In this document: one piece after another, positions 11,612 through 24,376 of the stretch
Position numbering within the stretch: the stretch's first letter is position 1
Layout: each line of letters starts with the position of its first letter
DNA from: Priapulus caudatus
Taxonomy: Eukaryota
DNA: 64,000 nucleotides
Direction: 5' to 3'
Assembly (NCBI RefSeq): GCF_000485595.1
Contig: NW_014577068.1
Coordinates: forward strand, 1,817 to 65,816
Notes under the pieces: generated by a model
What the model saw: only the letters and a program-made list of their open reading frames with translations
The model's database searches: none
Told to the model about the DNA's origin: nothing
Program-made: the position numbers and the translations under genes

Positions 11612-12393
11612 GTTCAAGTCCCAAGTGCAGACGCTGACATGGCCAGAAGTGTATCAAAACTACGCAGCCGATCATTCTAACATCCTGGCAATAGCAGATC
11701 TCATCATTACACTTCCTGCTACATCCTCGGAGAATGAGAGAGGCTTCAGCAAAATGAAGCTCATCAAGACCACCAGCAGGAACAAGCTTGGGACACAGAC
11801 TCTCAACAACCTGATGACCATATAAACCTGAGTACCGAGAATGTCAGAAACTTTGAACGGGCGGGTGCGATGAATAGATGGCTGAAAGCATCACATAAAC
11901 CCAGAAGGCCAGGATTGATGGACGATGATGGGTGTGTCTCAGCAGCAAAGAGACTCCGTTTGGATGCCGACAGTGATGTTACGCATGTTGAAACTGTAGC
12001 TACAGTACATGTGGAAGCAGCTGCAGCGGCTACATCAGGTGCTATAGATGAGGAAACAGCAGCTACATCAGATGCTGGAGGTGGTGATAACGATAACGCG
12101 GAGGAGGAAGACAATGAGCTTTCAGATGAGATGTGCCTTGTGTTTTTGAGAAATTTGTAACTATGTAGTGACGGGTACCGAGGTACCCTACACTACTACT
12201 ACTAGGTACTATTGTGATCAATAAATTAAATGTGTAGTTTAAATCAATGGTGTTTTTTTTGTTTTTCCACTATTGTTTGACAATAATTTTTTGTTTTAAA
12301 ATTTGGGCGAGTACAGATTCCATTCGGGCGAGTTAACTTATTGACTCACTCGCCCAGTTTGGCGAGTAGTTTTTTTAAAAAGCTCTTACCCTG
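11612..12393 (+). mobile_element. 3' part of a hAT transposon: C-terminal dimerisation-domain exon (frameshifted) and right end
   Basis: After the acceptor at 11611: LIITLPATSSENERGFSKMKLIKTTSRNKL...NNLMTI / frameshift near 11823 / NLSTENVRNFERAGAMNRWL...RRPG, acidic tail, stop at 12160. GGCGAGT subterminal repeats and the terminus ...GCTCTTACCCTG follow. Confidence 0.85.
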
Positions 12394-14220
12394 CGAGTCA
12401 TTGTGAAATAGGGGTGCAGATCGAGTGTAGACATGGCGGGGGTTTTGGGGGAAAACAGAGATGTAGGAGTGAGGAGTCTGGTGTGTCGCGAGAGTAAGCA
12501 CACGGGCTTACGCGTGTGTGCGTGTTTCTTTGTCTCTTGGTGCAAGATGTGACTATATATACACTGTGTGACAGATATTAAAGTTTATCCAGGTTACCAC
12601 AACAAGTTTGGATATTCTCATATATCATTTTAATTCATACATAACAAACATACTTCAACGTAACACTGCACAGAGAAATATGCAAGGAAGGAGAGTCTAG
12701 CATGGCTGCACTCTGCGTGGTGGCTTATCGGTGAGTAGTAGCGCCCGAATGACTTCTCTTTAACACACCTGTTCCCTTTGTGCCTGTACGATCACCACCC
12801 ACAACGAACGAACAACTAGCCTAGAAACCTACAACCGACTAAACCGCCTTCAGTAACCATCATTCGAGACAACTACACCATTCCGCGATCAAGAAATGAC
12901 AATTTGTCACAAGGGCTGAAATTACGGATCCACAGCGGCGCCCAGGAGGGGGCGGTCGAGTCCAGGCGAGAGGCCTGAGTCAGGGGGTTCACCAAGTTTT
13001 TTGGCCCTTTCAACTGACCAATACAAGCATAAAGCACTTAGGCAACACCACATCAGCAACAGAATTGTTACAGCAGCATATTACAGTCACTGGCAGGGAG
13101 TATAATCCTCGCACTGCTCATTATCATACCCAGAATTAATATCATCGACACCAAAATTTACTTACTTCTCCGCAACAAAATTATTTCTATTACACTTACA
13201 CACTGTCCCGCAAAAAGACCCTGAACGCTTTATATAATATACAGATGTTCCTCTGTCCAGCCCGCAGTTTCATTGTTTTTCTGGTCCCAACGTGAACTAA
13301 TATTATCATCATTGAACAACTTTAGCGCTTGTCCTGCTGCAGCAGCGCAAGTCTGTGAGGCCCGGCACAGTAATCGACATCAGGAAGGAAACGCTTTAAT
13401 TGCTACCCACAAGTGCGCAAAATCCTCCTTGCGCGCCCACCCCCGATATAATTTCCTAACACCTCGCGCTACTGGCAGGCGCGGCGAGTCTCGCCGCGAG
13501 CGCATTATATTTTTTATAGTTTTCAATAGTCACCTGAAAAAGGCAGTCGCTCGCCGACAACGCGCACGTTTATGATATGCATAATATGTATATAACAGAA
13601 CCTTCGGATGGCGAGAAGTGAAACAGTTCGTACCTACGTTTCCTACCTACCACGGAACAGTCGCAGAGACTGGGCCGGCCTACTCATCTAAAACGAGCCT
13701 CAAGACCCCACCGGGACGCGCGCGCTTTTGATGTACCGATCGATCGATCCGGCGCNGAAACTTTTTATGTAGCGTAATTATAACCTAAATTAGCTGAAAA
13801 TAACCCTAGAACCTAGAGTAAACTCTCCCTTTAAGTGGAATTCGGGTGTCACCTGGTCTTCCGATCCAGGTTTTTAGTCATTCCAAAATGGCCGCGCCCT
13901 GTCGTGTTGTTGTGGTTTGAAATAGAGTGTTCGGTGTAACCGAAATCTCTACAATATTACTATTAGTATTACTGTATTAGTATTAGTACTATTACTAGTA
14001 GGTATTAGTACTATTAGTATTACTAGTATTAGTATTACTATTAGTATTATTAGCCCTTTGTGCCTCATAGGGGTAGATGGGGTAGTGTGATACATCATGC
14101 ACACAACCTCCTGAATAAACCACGCCAGTCTAAGTGATAAACTTGGATTCCCGCTGAAGTGGCAGGGCTTCAGGGTTGGGGTTAAAAATAATATATAGCC
14201 AGGTAAAATGGATTAACTTA

Positions 14221-14802
14221 GGGAGCGTTCACAAATGATGACACATGGTGACAGGGGGAGGGGGGTTTTCCATCAAGTGACGTCACCAAGATATATTATT
14301 TTTGTGGACTGGAGCAGGAATATGATTTGCAATAAACTGTTATTATCGACATTGTCAATAAATTTTGTCGTTTAACCGAAAGGCGAGAGTAATGGGCTCA
14401 AGGATAGAGAGCATGTCCAGTAATAAACATCATCCTATCCTATCACCGTCCTGGACATCATCTCTATCCTTGAACCGAGTAATGTGTTTCCCAGTTCAAT
14501 TTTTTTTAAATATATTTGTTACTAAATACTATTTTACAATTACATTAGTTATTTTTAACTACTGACAGTACTGTTTAATTTTATCACAATTTTTTATTAA
14601 AACTGAAAAGTAGAATATGAAACTTTAAATGGCTGACGAGTTCAACAAATCATCTTACTTTGTTTGCGATTTTGAATGGGGCGGTCTGCCAAGAATGGTG
14701 ACGTCACCATGGGGGGTTCCTCGAAAGTGACACTTGGTGACAGAGGGGGGGAGGGGGTCAAAAAAGTCCAAAATCGAGGTGACGTCATTTGTGAACGCTC
14801 TC
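14221..14802. mobile_element. Harbinger-type MITE
   Basis: TIR GGGAGCGTTCACAAATGATGACAC / GTGACGTCATTTGTGAACGCTCTC with TTA on both sides. Confidence 0.88.
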
Positions 14803-15120
14803 TTAGTATTTTACGCAATAACTCCTACACCTGTCCTATTGCAAAATTCTATTCAGTTTGTGCATAGGTGTGAAGGTAGTGTAGAACAATGAAAGTTAGC
14901 ACGTTTAGTGTGTGTAAACTTTTTGTTACACCACTTTATTGTAGAGGTACCCATTGTTTTACATTTATTTTAAAATCTTATTAAAAGACACCTGTTAAAT
15001 ATTACATGATTTGGATTACTTGAATATTGCCATGTATCACTTTGAATGGCGCATGAAACAGGTACCTAACCAGTGTAGCTGTAGGATCGCTGATTTAAAT
15101 TTTACTACATTCGAAGCATT

Positions 15121-15606
15121 CATGGTTCGCACAGTCCTTGAAAAGTCCTTGAATTTGAGGAGAGTCCTTGAAAAGTACTTGAATTTAGTAAATGTTGATT
15201 TTGTGCTTGAAAAGTCCTTGAATTTTTAGAAAGAATCCTTGCCTGTAATAAAAAGAAATTTTGTACCATCAATAATGTGCAAACCTCAATAAAAAGTTGC
15301 GTTAAATGAGCTTAAAAAGCTATAGATACGATAGACAGTTGATCACAACTTACAGTAAGTCAGTAAAATCGGTCAGTAAATCAAGGTATGTTGTAGAAGT
15401 GACAGTGTTTAGAAGGGTTTATTAATGTGATCCAGGTAAGTTTTAGAGGTGACAGTGATTAAGAATGGGGTTATTATTAAATTAATCCAGGTATGTTTTG
15501 TTCTGTGTATGAATTTCAATAAAATGTTCAATAAAATTTCCTTGAATTTCCGATAAAATTTCCTTGAAAAGTCCTTGAAAAAATTTTCAGTCATGTATGA
15601 ACCATG
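15121..15606. mobile_element. MITE with CCTTGAA subterminal repeats (hAT-like)
   Basis: Termini CATGGTTCGCAC / GTATGAACCATG; AAGTCCTTGAA repeated near both ends; no clear TSD. Confidence 0.65.
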
Positions 15607-15678
15607 GTATTGTAGAGTGTGATTTGAACCAACAAGATAAAGTACATGGATAGTAAGTTTACTTCTTCCATGTTGCAG

Positions 15679-15934
15679 GAGAAGGTTGTGTTGGCATCAC
15701 TAATGTTTGGAGCCATCATGTTTGTACCAGGCTATATTATGGTGAACATCAAGGTAATATTGTATTTAACATCGTAATAGCACTTTAATAGCACTTTGCT
15801 GTACACTCAATATCAAGCTCTTTATGTGAATGTAAAATAGGTGGTGATTTTTTTTTATGTGTTACTAAAATCCTAATCTATACTTAAATTAATCGAGTTT
15901 TTCGTCATTTCAGCACTACAAAGCAGGCAATTAG
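15679..15934 (+). CDS. COX8: Cytochrome c oxidase subunit 8-like, last two coding exons (15679-15753, 15914-15934); 5' exons not located
   Basis: Canonical AG/GT boundaries, both phase 0: EKVVLASLMFGAIMFVPGYIMVNIK + HYKAGN*. This resembles the invertebrate COX8 transmembrane/C-terminal pattern (EKV...P.W/Y...I..YK). AATAAA at 16091. Absent from the ORF track. Confidence 0.7.
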
Positions 15935-18087
15935 ACGATGTCTCCAGGACATTAGATTATAATGTTAGATGCATATTCCTGTGGTTATATACGTCGATGG
16001 AACAAGACAAGATGCTCTTCTACCAATTTGTTCGCAGTATTTTATGGATGATAAGCATATAATATAGTTTACTTTGAGTGTGTTTCATGAAATAAAAAGA
16101 ATGTACTAAATTTTCAGTTATCAATTTTCAATTCCTCAGTTAGTGTCAATAAATGAATATGTAAAAAAGGCTTTAAATGGTGTTATCTAAAATCTAGTTA
16201 CACTACTAGTTATGTTCTACTTGCTACTAACACATCCACACTTAAAATGAAGCCCTATAAAGAGACATTTATAACAGTTGAAACAGTGTTATGCAACAGT
16301 TGACAGCTAACACGAGTATATTTAGTACATGTAGTACATATTTAGTATGTGTAGGAGTGAATGATGTTATATATACCTGTTAAATATTTAAAGATAAAAA
16401 AGTAATACTCCATGAACAGGTATAGTTTAAGTTCTCAATCTCCACATTAAATGGGAAATGATGGGTTCCCAGTTTTCCACGTAAAAAATGTGCCACTTCT
16501 CAGTGCCAGACAAATTAAAATTGCAATTTTGACTTTCACGTTTTCTGGTTTAATACCATTCCCGAATGGAGGAAAATTTATCTGCAATTTGTAGCTTCCC
16601 AGACTAATAGAATTGTCTCATCCTTCATCTCGAAAATAACTTCCCCTCAAGTGCTAAATAGTGTTTATATATGCATGATCCTATTCTTAGCAGTAACAGC
16701 TTGTGGAAATTTGGCATTTGAAATTTAACAGTCAAAGCTAATTGTTTGATGATACACTCTTTGTGAACAACTTTAATGACACTACATGTCAAGGCAGGGT
16801 GCATGCATATCTGACATTGCTTGAATTACTGTTGGGAATACCGTTACATATAGAGAAAGGAAAACAGCAACTCTAGCAAATGTCGAAGGCAATGCTCTAA
16901 GCATTTCTAATGCTATTTAAAAGAGAAAAATGTGTGGCGCATGCGTTTGAGTAATTCCTGTGATGCTTTGTGCATTCAGAGTGCACACAAAATTACTAGT
17001 AACTATGTAATATTTTACTTGTTGGAGAACCGGGAAAAAAATTGGTACTTAGAATGCACTAAAATTGCATTAAATCTAAACTGCAAAATATTTGGTGCAG
17101 GAAATTGCATTATTTTGCATTATTCTTTCGAATATTTTCGGACAGAGCATGCGACCGAATCCGCTAGCAAAAAAAAACTAAAGTTGCTACGTAGTAACTG
17201 AACCTATATAGCAACTTATTGCTGTATCATTTAAGCAAGAATATAAAATCAAATGTTCCGCATATGCGTCTAGAATGAAGAATATTTTATTGTTTCACTT
17301 GATATCTTCAAAATGATTGTTAATGTAGCAAAAGCCCCACCAACAATGGGACCGTCGCGTTATGTAGGTGCTGCTCGCGGCGCCCCATGACCGAAATAAG
17401 GGATTCGTAAATAAAGTGCCGTTGAAAAACCACGTAATAAATTAATATATATACTTCAAGTAGGCACACTTGGAATCATAAATTATTTAGATAATTTTCA
17501 CCTATAGATGACACCAGTAGTTACGTTGACAGCACTGATCTCTATATAGGCCTATTAACTTAACACACATATAAATAAAGATCAGTGTTTGATAAACACA
17601 CTATGCAGCCTAATATGCATAACACCTAATATGCATAACACCTAACACCTAATATGCAGCCTAGCGCACTGAAAGATCCCTGTCGGCTAGCTACAAGTCG
17701 CGCAGCAGTGCGTTATTATAGAATAACTTATTATTAGTCTATGGTGTTGTGCTACGTCATCATTGTTGACCAATCACGGTTGTAGATATTTATTATATAC
17801 ACATAGTAGTAGTAGTATTGATATCCCTAGTAGGTATAGTAGATATCAGCGCAACAAACTGGCGCCTATATGCACGCGCCGTGACTAAAATGTGGAAACC
17901 GATGTAGGGGGTGCCCTACGAGCTCGCATCCCTTCGGTAAATAAATGAGTATGTATATACCACCAGATAATGTGAGTGCAATATTTAACACAGTTATTAG
18001 GACGGACGGATGTAAGCGTGGACACACCATGCGAATTTAATCGCACGTCCGCAGCGATTGTTAACGGTCGGTGGAACATCGGATAGA

Positions 18088-18400
18088 CAAAATACACACC
18101 GGGCAAGAAATACAGGCACCGACTAAGAAATACGCCAACCAGCTCAGGAATGCACGCACCGGCAGAGAAATACACGCGCCGGCTAGGAAATACACGCATT
18201 GGCCAGGAAATACACGCATCGGCTAGAAAATGCGAACATCGGTTGCGAAATGCACACGTGCATGGACTGAGAAATACACGAACCAGCCTAAAAATGAACG
18301 CATCGGCTGAAAAATACACGCGCTTGTTAGAATATACACGCATAGGCTGAGATATACACGCATCGGCTAGAAAACACACGCATTGGCCAGAAAATACACG
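18088..18400. repeat. Diverged tandem array of ~20-bp units (consensus approx. GAAATACACGCATCGGCTAG, about 15-16 copies)
   Basis: The AAATACACG core recurs at ~20-bp spacing. Confidence 0.85.
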
Positions 18401-19307
18401 TGTAGCGTTTGTCGCGTTGCCTGTCAGAATATTGGCCGTAATCCTGGTCACACGCCAGTGTAACGTTTCTCCGCGTGGTGCATGAATGACCTTCGTCACG
18501 GCTCACCAGTGTGAAGTCTCTTCTGTTTTTGTGATCGTATAGTAGCTTGTTGCGTTGTGTTTCTTAACCGACCGGCGGCTGTCGTCTGCTACCGTCGCCG
18601 GCGTTTCGTCAGGCTTGCGGAGTGCGTGAGTGTGTGTGAGTGTAGCTCGACAGAGATTCCACACGTAGCCGGGAAATACCTTTAGTGGCGCGTAAGAAGC
18701 CGTTTATTCATTGACAGTGATACATCCGCATTGCAGAATTTACAACAATAAAGTTAATACGCCCTTGGTTAATGTTCACGTTACCCGCTATCTAGCTCCC
18801 TTCCCCCGGTAAATGTTTCCGATTAAATCCTAAGTTCCTAATCTACATCTTTACATCTCCATAAACCTCCTCTCTTCTACCCTCTATTTCCATAGTCATC
18901 TATCTCCCTCTACTCCTAGTGTCTTCTCTCCTAAGTTCTAACAACCCCGGCTTTTATATCCAGTCGCGGATTGAGTTGCACCTCTGGTTGCACGTTGCCA
19001 CTAGCCAATGGCTGCATCTCGCGCCAAAATGACACACTCCGCGTCCTCTTATTTCGCGAAACATATGACGCGTTCTTTTATAAAATACAAGCACGCGTTC
19101 ACAAAACCTTCGAAAAACAATCGCGACAACCCTTGCGCTTGTCCTTCTGACTTTGTTAGATCGTACTATACTACGCGGTTATACCCTTATATCACGCCCC
19201 CCCCCCGGAATTAATTCCCATACAAAACCCCCTCATACAAATCATGACGTACATACACATTCCGCGACCCGGCTTGCTACACTGAGTATTGGCTGTGAGG
19301 TATGCGC

Positions 19308-19864
19308 CCCGGGGGGGGGGGGCACTCCATATATATTGCATGGTAGGTATGTGCCGCGGGAGAGACCCCCATTTTCAACCCTGCCTTTTCAACCCCAATT
19401 TCTTCCGTTCCAGTGCATCGCATTTTTAAGAATATCTCGTTCCAGAGCATCACAAGTTTAGTTACCATGCATGCAGATCTTACATTTTTGCCGTTCCGGA
19501 GACCCTAGTTTTTAACATTTCCGTTCCAGTGCATCGTACGTTGAAGCCGGGCAGTGAAGGCATGCATGCAACGCATGCGCATAGCATTTCATAGCATTGC
19601 ATTTCAACGAAATCCTAGTTCCGGAGACGCCCATTTTCGAACATAGCCAGTTCCAGAGCATCCCACATTCAACAAACATTAGCTCCAGAGAACCCCATTT
19701 TCAGGTACCTAAACATCAACCAACACTCAATACTCTGTCATTTTTGGCACATGCACGCTTGCATGCAAGGGTGTGCAACGCAAGAGGAAGGAGTTGGGAG
19801 GGTAAGTGGGGTAAAATGGTAAATGGGGTACCCATAATGTGGGGTAAATGCCCCCTCGCCCGGG
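19308..19864. mobile_element. Non-autonomous DNA transposon with CCCGGG termini and 8-bp TSD
   Basis: Starts CCCGGGGGG..., ends ...CCCCCTCGCCCGGG; TSD GTATGCGC at 19300-19307 and 19865-19872; internal GTTCCAG/GTTCCGGAGA repeats. Confidence 0.85.
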
Positions 19865-20678
19865 GTATGCGCATTGGCTGAACAACGCCAGATAGAGAGA
19901 ATAGTAGTCGGCTGTCCGCTACAATAAAAATAACCCCTAATCTATTGTTCAGTGCATGTGAGCTGGTACTACGTGATAGTCCTTTCTTAACTTGCTCTCA
20001 ACTCCTTTCTCTTGCGTTGCACACCCTTGCATGCAAGCGTGCATGTGCCAAAAATGACAGAGTATTGAGTGTTGGTTGATGTTTAGGTATTTGCAGTATA
20101 TATCATGTGGTGCCCCACGCTTATTATGGAGGTGGTACCCCACAAACATGCATAGACAAAGTGCTATCTATTCATGTTTTACCTCATATAGCGGTACGTT
20201 TGTATGGGTAGCGGGAAAAGTTGTCTGCCCATGTCATTGTTCGCACGAAAATCATTGTCGCCGCATATCTTGTGACAATCTGATAAACAATTGTAAAAAT
20301 ATTGAATTGAATTTGGCCATTCCTGATGCGGTATCTAAATGCAAATTTATGACTCACCGACAGAGACACGGCGAAAAAAATCAAGATTTTCATATTTAGT
20401 GTAACGTAATTTTCCGCATGACGCACAGCTTAATTCTACAACGTTCATGATTTCCTCATAAACATCATAATCTAATAAACTAATACTGTATAAGCTAATT
20501 AGAAAAAACCATAAGCCATCTTCGTCCTAAGGCTGTTCAACGGTGTCTGATAGCAGAGACAGTTTAGGGTGCGGGCCATGCGGTTACTTCTGACGTACGT
20601 GTGCTGGCCCATGGCAGAAGCAGAGTAACCCGTAGACTGTGTCATACGTGATGTAGTCAGGAGTTTATGACAAACAAC

Positions 20679-20992
<314 letters not shown>

Positions 20993-21414
20993 AGCAATAG
21001 GTTTTCAGGTGGAACAAGGTCTTAATATTCTAGTATTTTTCTACCTGGGTTCACTTATATTCGCAATTGGGGTTCACTTTAAATAATAAATGTGAGATAC
21101 CAAAACACGCAACTCAAAGCGTTTGTAACTTAAACATTACTGTTTACTGATGCGCTAATACATACAATTGCGCTAACAGGCGCGCTTATCCCACGACTAT
21201 CTAGATAGTGTCTCCATTCAGGTATCGTATCGTTAAACGTGTAAATAAACAGATCCAAACCAACGAGATCTATTTGATAGATTTCCTGCTTTATGATGAA
21301 TTTGGCGAAGAAGAATTCTGAACATCTGTCGATTCATGTTGGCAACACGATGAGCTGTTTTCTTGACTATGACCTTATTCACACCATAATCGCAGCTCCC
21401 CATCGATTCACTCG

Positions 21415-21700
21415 AATTTGTTTACGAGACAAATACTTACTCTGTGATTAAGCTGTGAATGAGATAATGGTCATCAAGGCAGCCGACCGTGTTGCAAACC
21501 TAAATCGGCAGGTGTTAAACACGCGTAAATGGGGGGATTTTATGTATATAAAGACATAATTGTCACGAATCGAACGCCATATTGAAAAAGCAGCTGGGGT
21601 TTTTCTGTGGGAATAAGCGCATGGACGATGAGCCGGAGTAGTATAAAAATCCGTGCATTTCCAGCTTGTTTCATTCGGGCACTGGATTTCTGATTCAAAG
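21415..21700 (+). promoter_or_regulatory. Trypsin-1 promoter and 5' UTR with TATA box (TATAAAA at 21642)
   Basis: TATA lies ~60 bp before the ATG; the region aligns by eye with 58768-59070 upstream of the paralog. Confidence 0.7.
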
Positions 21701-22082
21701 ATGAAGCTTCTAATCAGCTTGGCTTTGGTTTGTGTTGCCGCTGCGAGCTTGCCGGCAGGTACGTATGCGATGTGATTCTATTTAACTTGTTGAATCGTTA
21801 TGAATAAAATTGCTTTTTAATTTGATGATTTTGACTATACACTGAGGCAAACCCCGCCGGTTAAGGGTATTAGCCTAACATAATGTTGTTTGACAACTGG
21901 ATATTCGTATTTAACGCTTGTCTAACTCACAGTTGACATTTGTTAAGAAATTCGTTAGGAAAGAAAAGGCAGGTTCAACTTCAATTCATCGTTCTTTCCA
22001 TTTGAAAAATTTCAATCGGAACAATAATTATTTATTTATATAATGAGTTGTCATTTATTTATTTATTTAACTATCTATATCT

Positions 22083-22144
<62 letters not shown>

Positions 22145-23097
22145 CGCGTAAGCGAGAGAAATAGAAAGAGAGAGAGTCACGGGTTGTTAGTAACACCTCG
22201 TATTAATTGTATATGTATATCTATAGTTATATCAGAGTTATATCATATAAAGATCTTGATCTTGATTATATCTTGATCATATCTATAGTTATATCATATA
22301 AAATTTCATTCTGTTTTAAGGTCTGCACCCTGACAGGCCCAGATGGCCACGCCTACCAGAAGGTACTTTGTGCATATTGTGTTACCGATTAGTATACAGA
22401 AACAGCTAGCGGAATTACACTTAGTTATGCCTATACGCTGTAGCGAGATACTAGCATGTAAACTATATTATTGTAGCGTATATAACTGAAATATAGGACC
22501 GTATAGGTGGTGAACAACAGTAGAGTGCGTCCATAGGCGGCAGGCCTGAATAAGCAACGAACAGAAATTGATTAAAAATACTCACACTGTTACTTCGCAT
22601 ACACAATATGCACTTCATTCATGTCAAATAACTACAGATTCATGCACTATGCTTCACTCTGAACACATTTCAAACACAAAAATGACCAACCGGTCGCTGT
22701 GGCTACGCCACCTGACGGAATGTCACAACTACACGACTAGACCAATTTTACTTACCTAATGCTTTCTAGACGTCCACGAGGCATCTAACTTGCGTGTATA
22801 ATGAAAATAATTGCACTCTAGTGCCGAATTTGGGCGAAAGAAAAATGACAAAAAAAGGCCTTTTCTAGAGACGAAATAGTTCAACGGTGAACAATTTGCG
22901 GAGGCTTACTGTTGCATGCCACCTTATATTAGAAGCATACTATGATTACAGGGTTCCATCCAATGGATGATTCTAGAATTGTTGGCGGTGATCTCACCAC
23001 CATCGAGAATTTCCCTTGGCAGGTAAATGAGCAGTAGCAACGCAACCATCTTACCATCGCACCACCTTCCTATCGTTAGTTCTAGACATAACATATA

Positions 23098-23144
<47 letters not shown>

Positions 23145-24012
23145 NNNNNNNNNNTATATATATATATATAGTATATATATATATATTATATATATATATA
23201 TATAGGTATATATATATATATATTTATATAGGTATATATATATATATATACCTGCCTGGACTAGTGTCCACTCTAGTGTACACGCTACTGCCACTCCAGC
23301 TGATGAAGCAGCGAACGGTTACTGACTTATGTATACGTGACTCGTTATAGACGTGATGTCATCATACCTGGTCAGGTTGTGTCATACCTGGTCAGGTTGT
23401 GTTTATATCATACCTGCCCGTGTTGTGTCATACCTGGTCAGGTTGTGTTTATATCATACCTGCCCGTGTTGTGTCATACCTGGTCAGGCTGTGTTTATAT
23501 CATACCTGCCCGTGTTGTGTCATACCTGGTCAGGTTGTGTTTATATCATACCTGCCCGTGTTTTGTCATACCTGGTCAGGCTGTCTTTGTATCATACCTG
23601 GTCAGGTTGTGTTTATATCATACCTGGGCGACTGTGTTACCTGCACTACTTTTTTGTATCATCCCTGTCCGGGTCTGGTACGGCATATACCTGGGCAAAT
23701 GTACGACATGCTATATACCTGGATGACTATTTTACCTTGCTATTACCTGGCCATCTGCGCTAGATCGTACCTGTCCGTCCCTGTTACCTGGGGCAGGCTG
23801 TCTTTCCTGCTAGGCCATCAGTAATCAAGCAGACGTTCTTCGGCACGAGAGCGTGTTTACCTCGTTGTCACGGCAACTCAACGTAACACAGGAACACAAC
23901 TCAACTAACCGATATATCGGTAACTGTAGCGAGAGGGAGGGCAGAGGATCGGAGATGGTGTTGCGGATGCTGGACTAGGTGTTTAATTGCCAGCCTCGCA
24001 GCCTCCGCTGCT

Positions 24013-24043
<31 letters not shown>

Positions 24044-24138
24044 ATGATGATGCTGATGATGATGAAGTTACTGCTGCTGAAGATACTGCTGCTTCTGCTG
24101 CTACTACTACTAGTGCTGCTGCTGCTGATGTTACTGCT

Positions 24139-24169
<31 letters not shown>

Positions 24170-24310
24170 ATTATGATGGTGATGATGCTGATAATGATGC
24201 TCATTAGTTAGGCCGCATCCATCCTTCTAATTACGCGCCCCAGTGTTCCCGCGATGGGTCGATCACAACTGCAATTTGTACACGCACGCACGCACGCACG
24301 CACGAACGCA

Positions 24311-24376
<66 letters not shown>

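Noticed and set aside
23360..23627. CRISPR-like periodicity (also 18088-18400)
   Set aside because: The intervening sequences are themselves repeated, there are no cas genes, and the context is eukaryotic.
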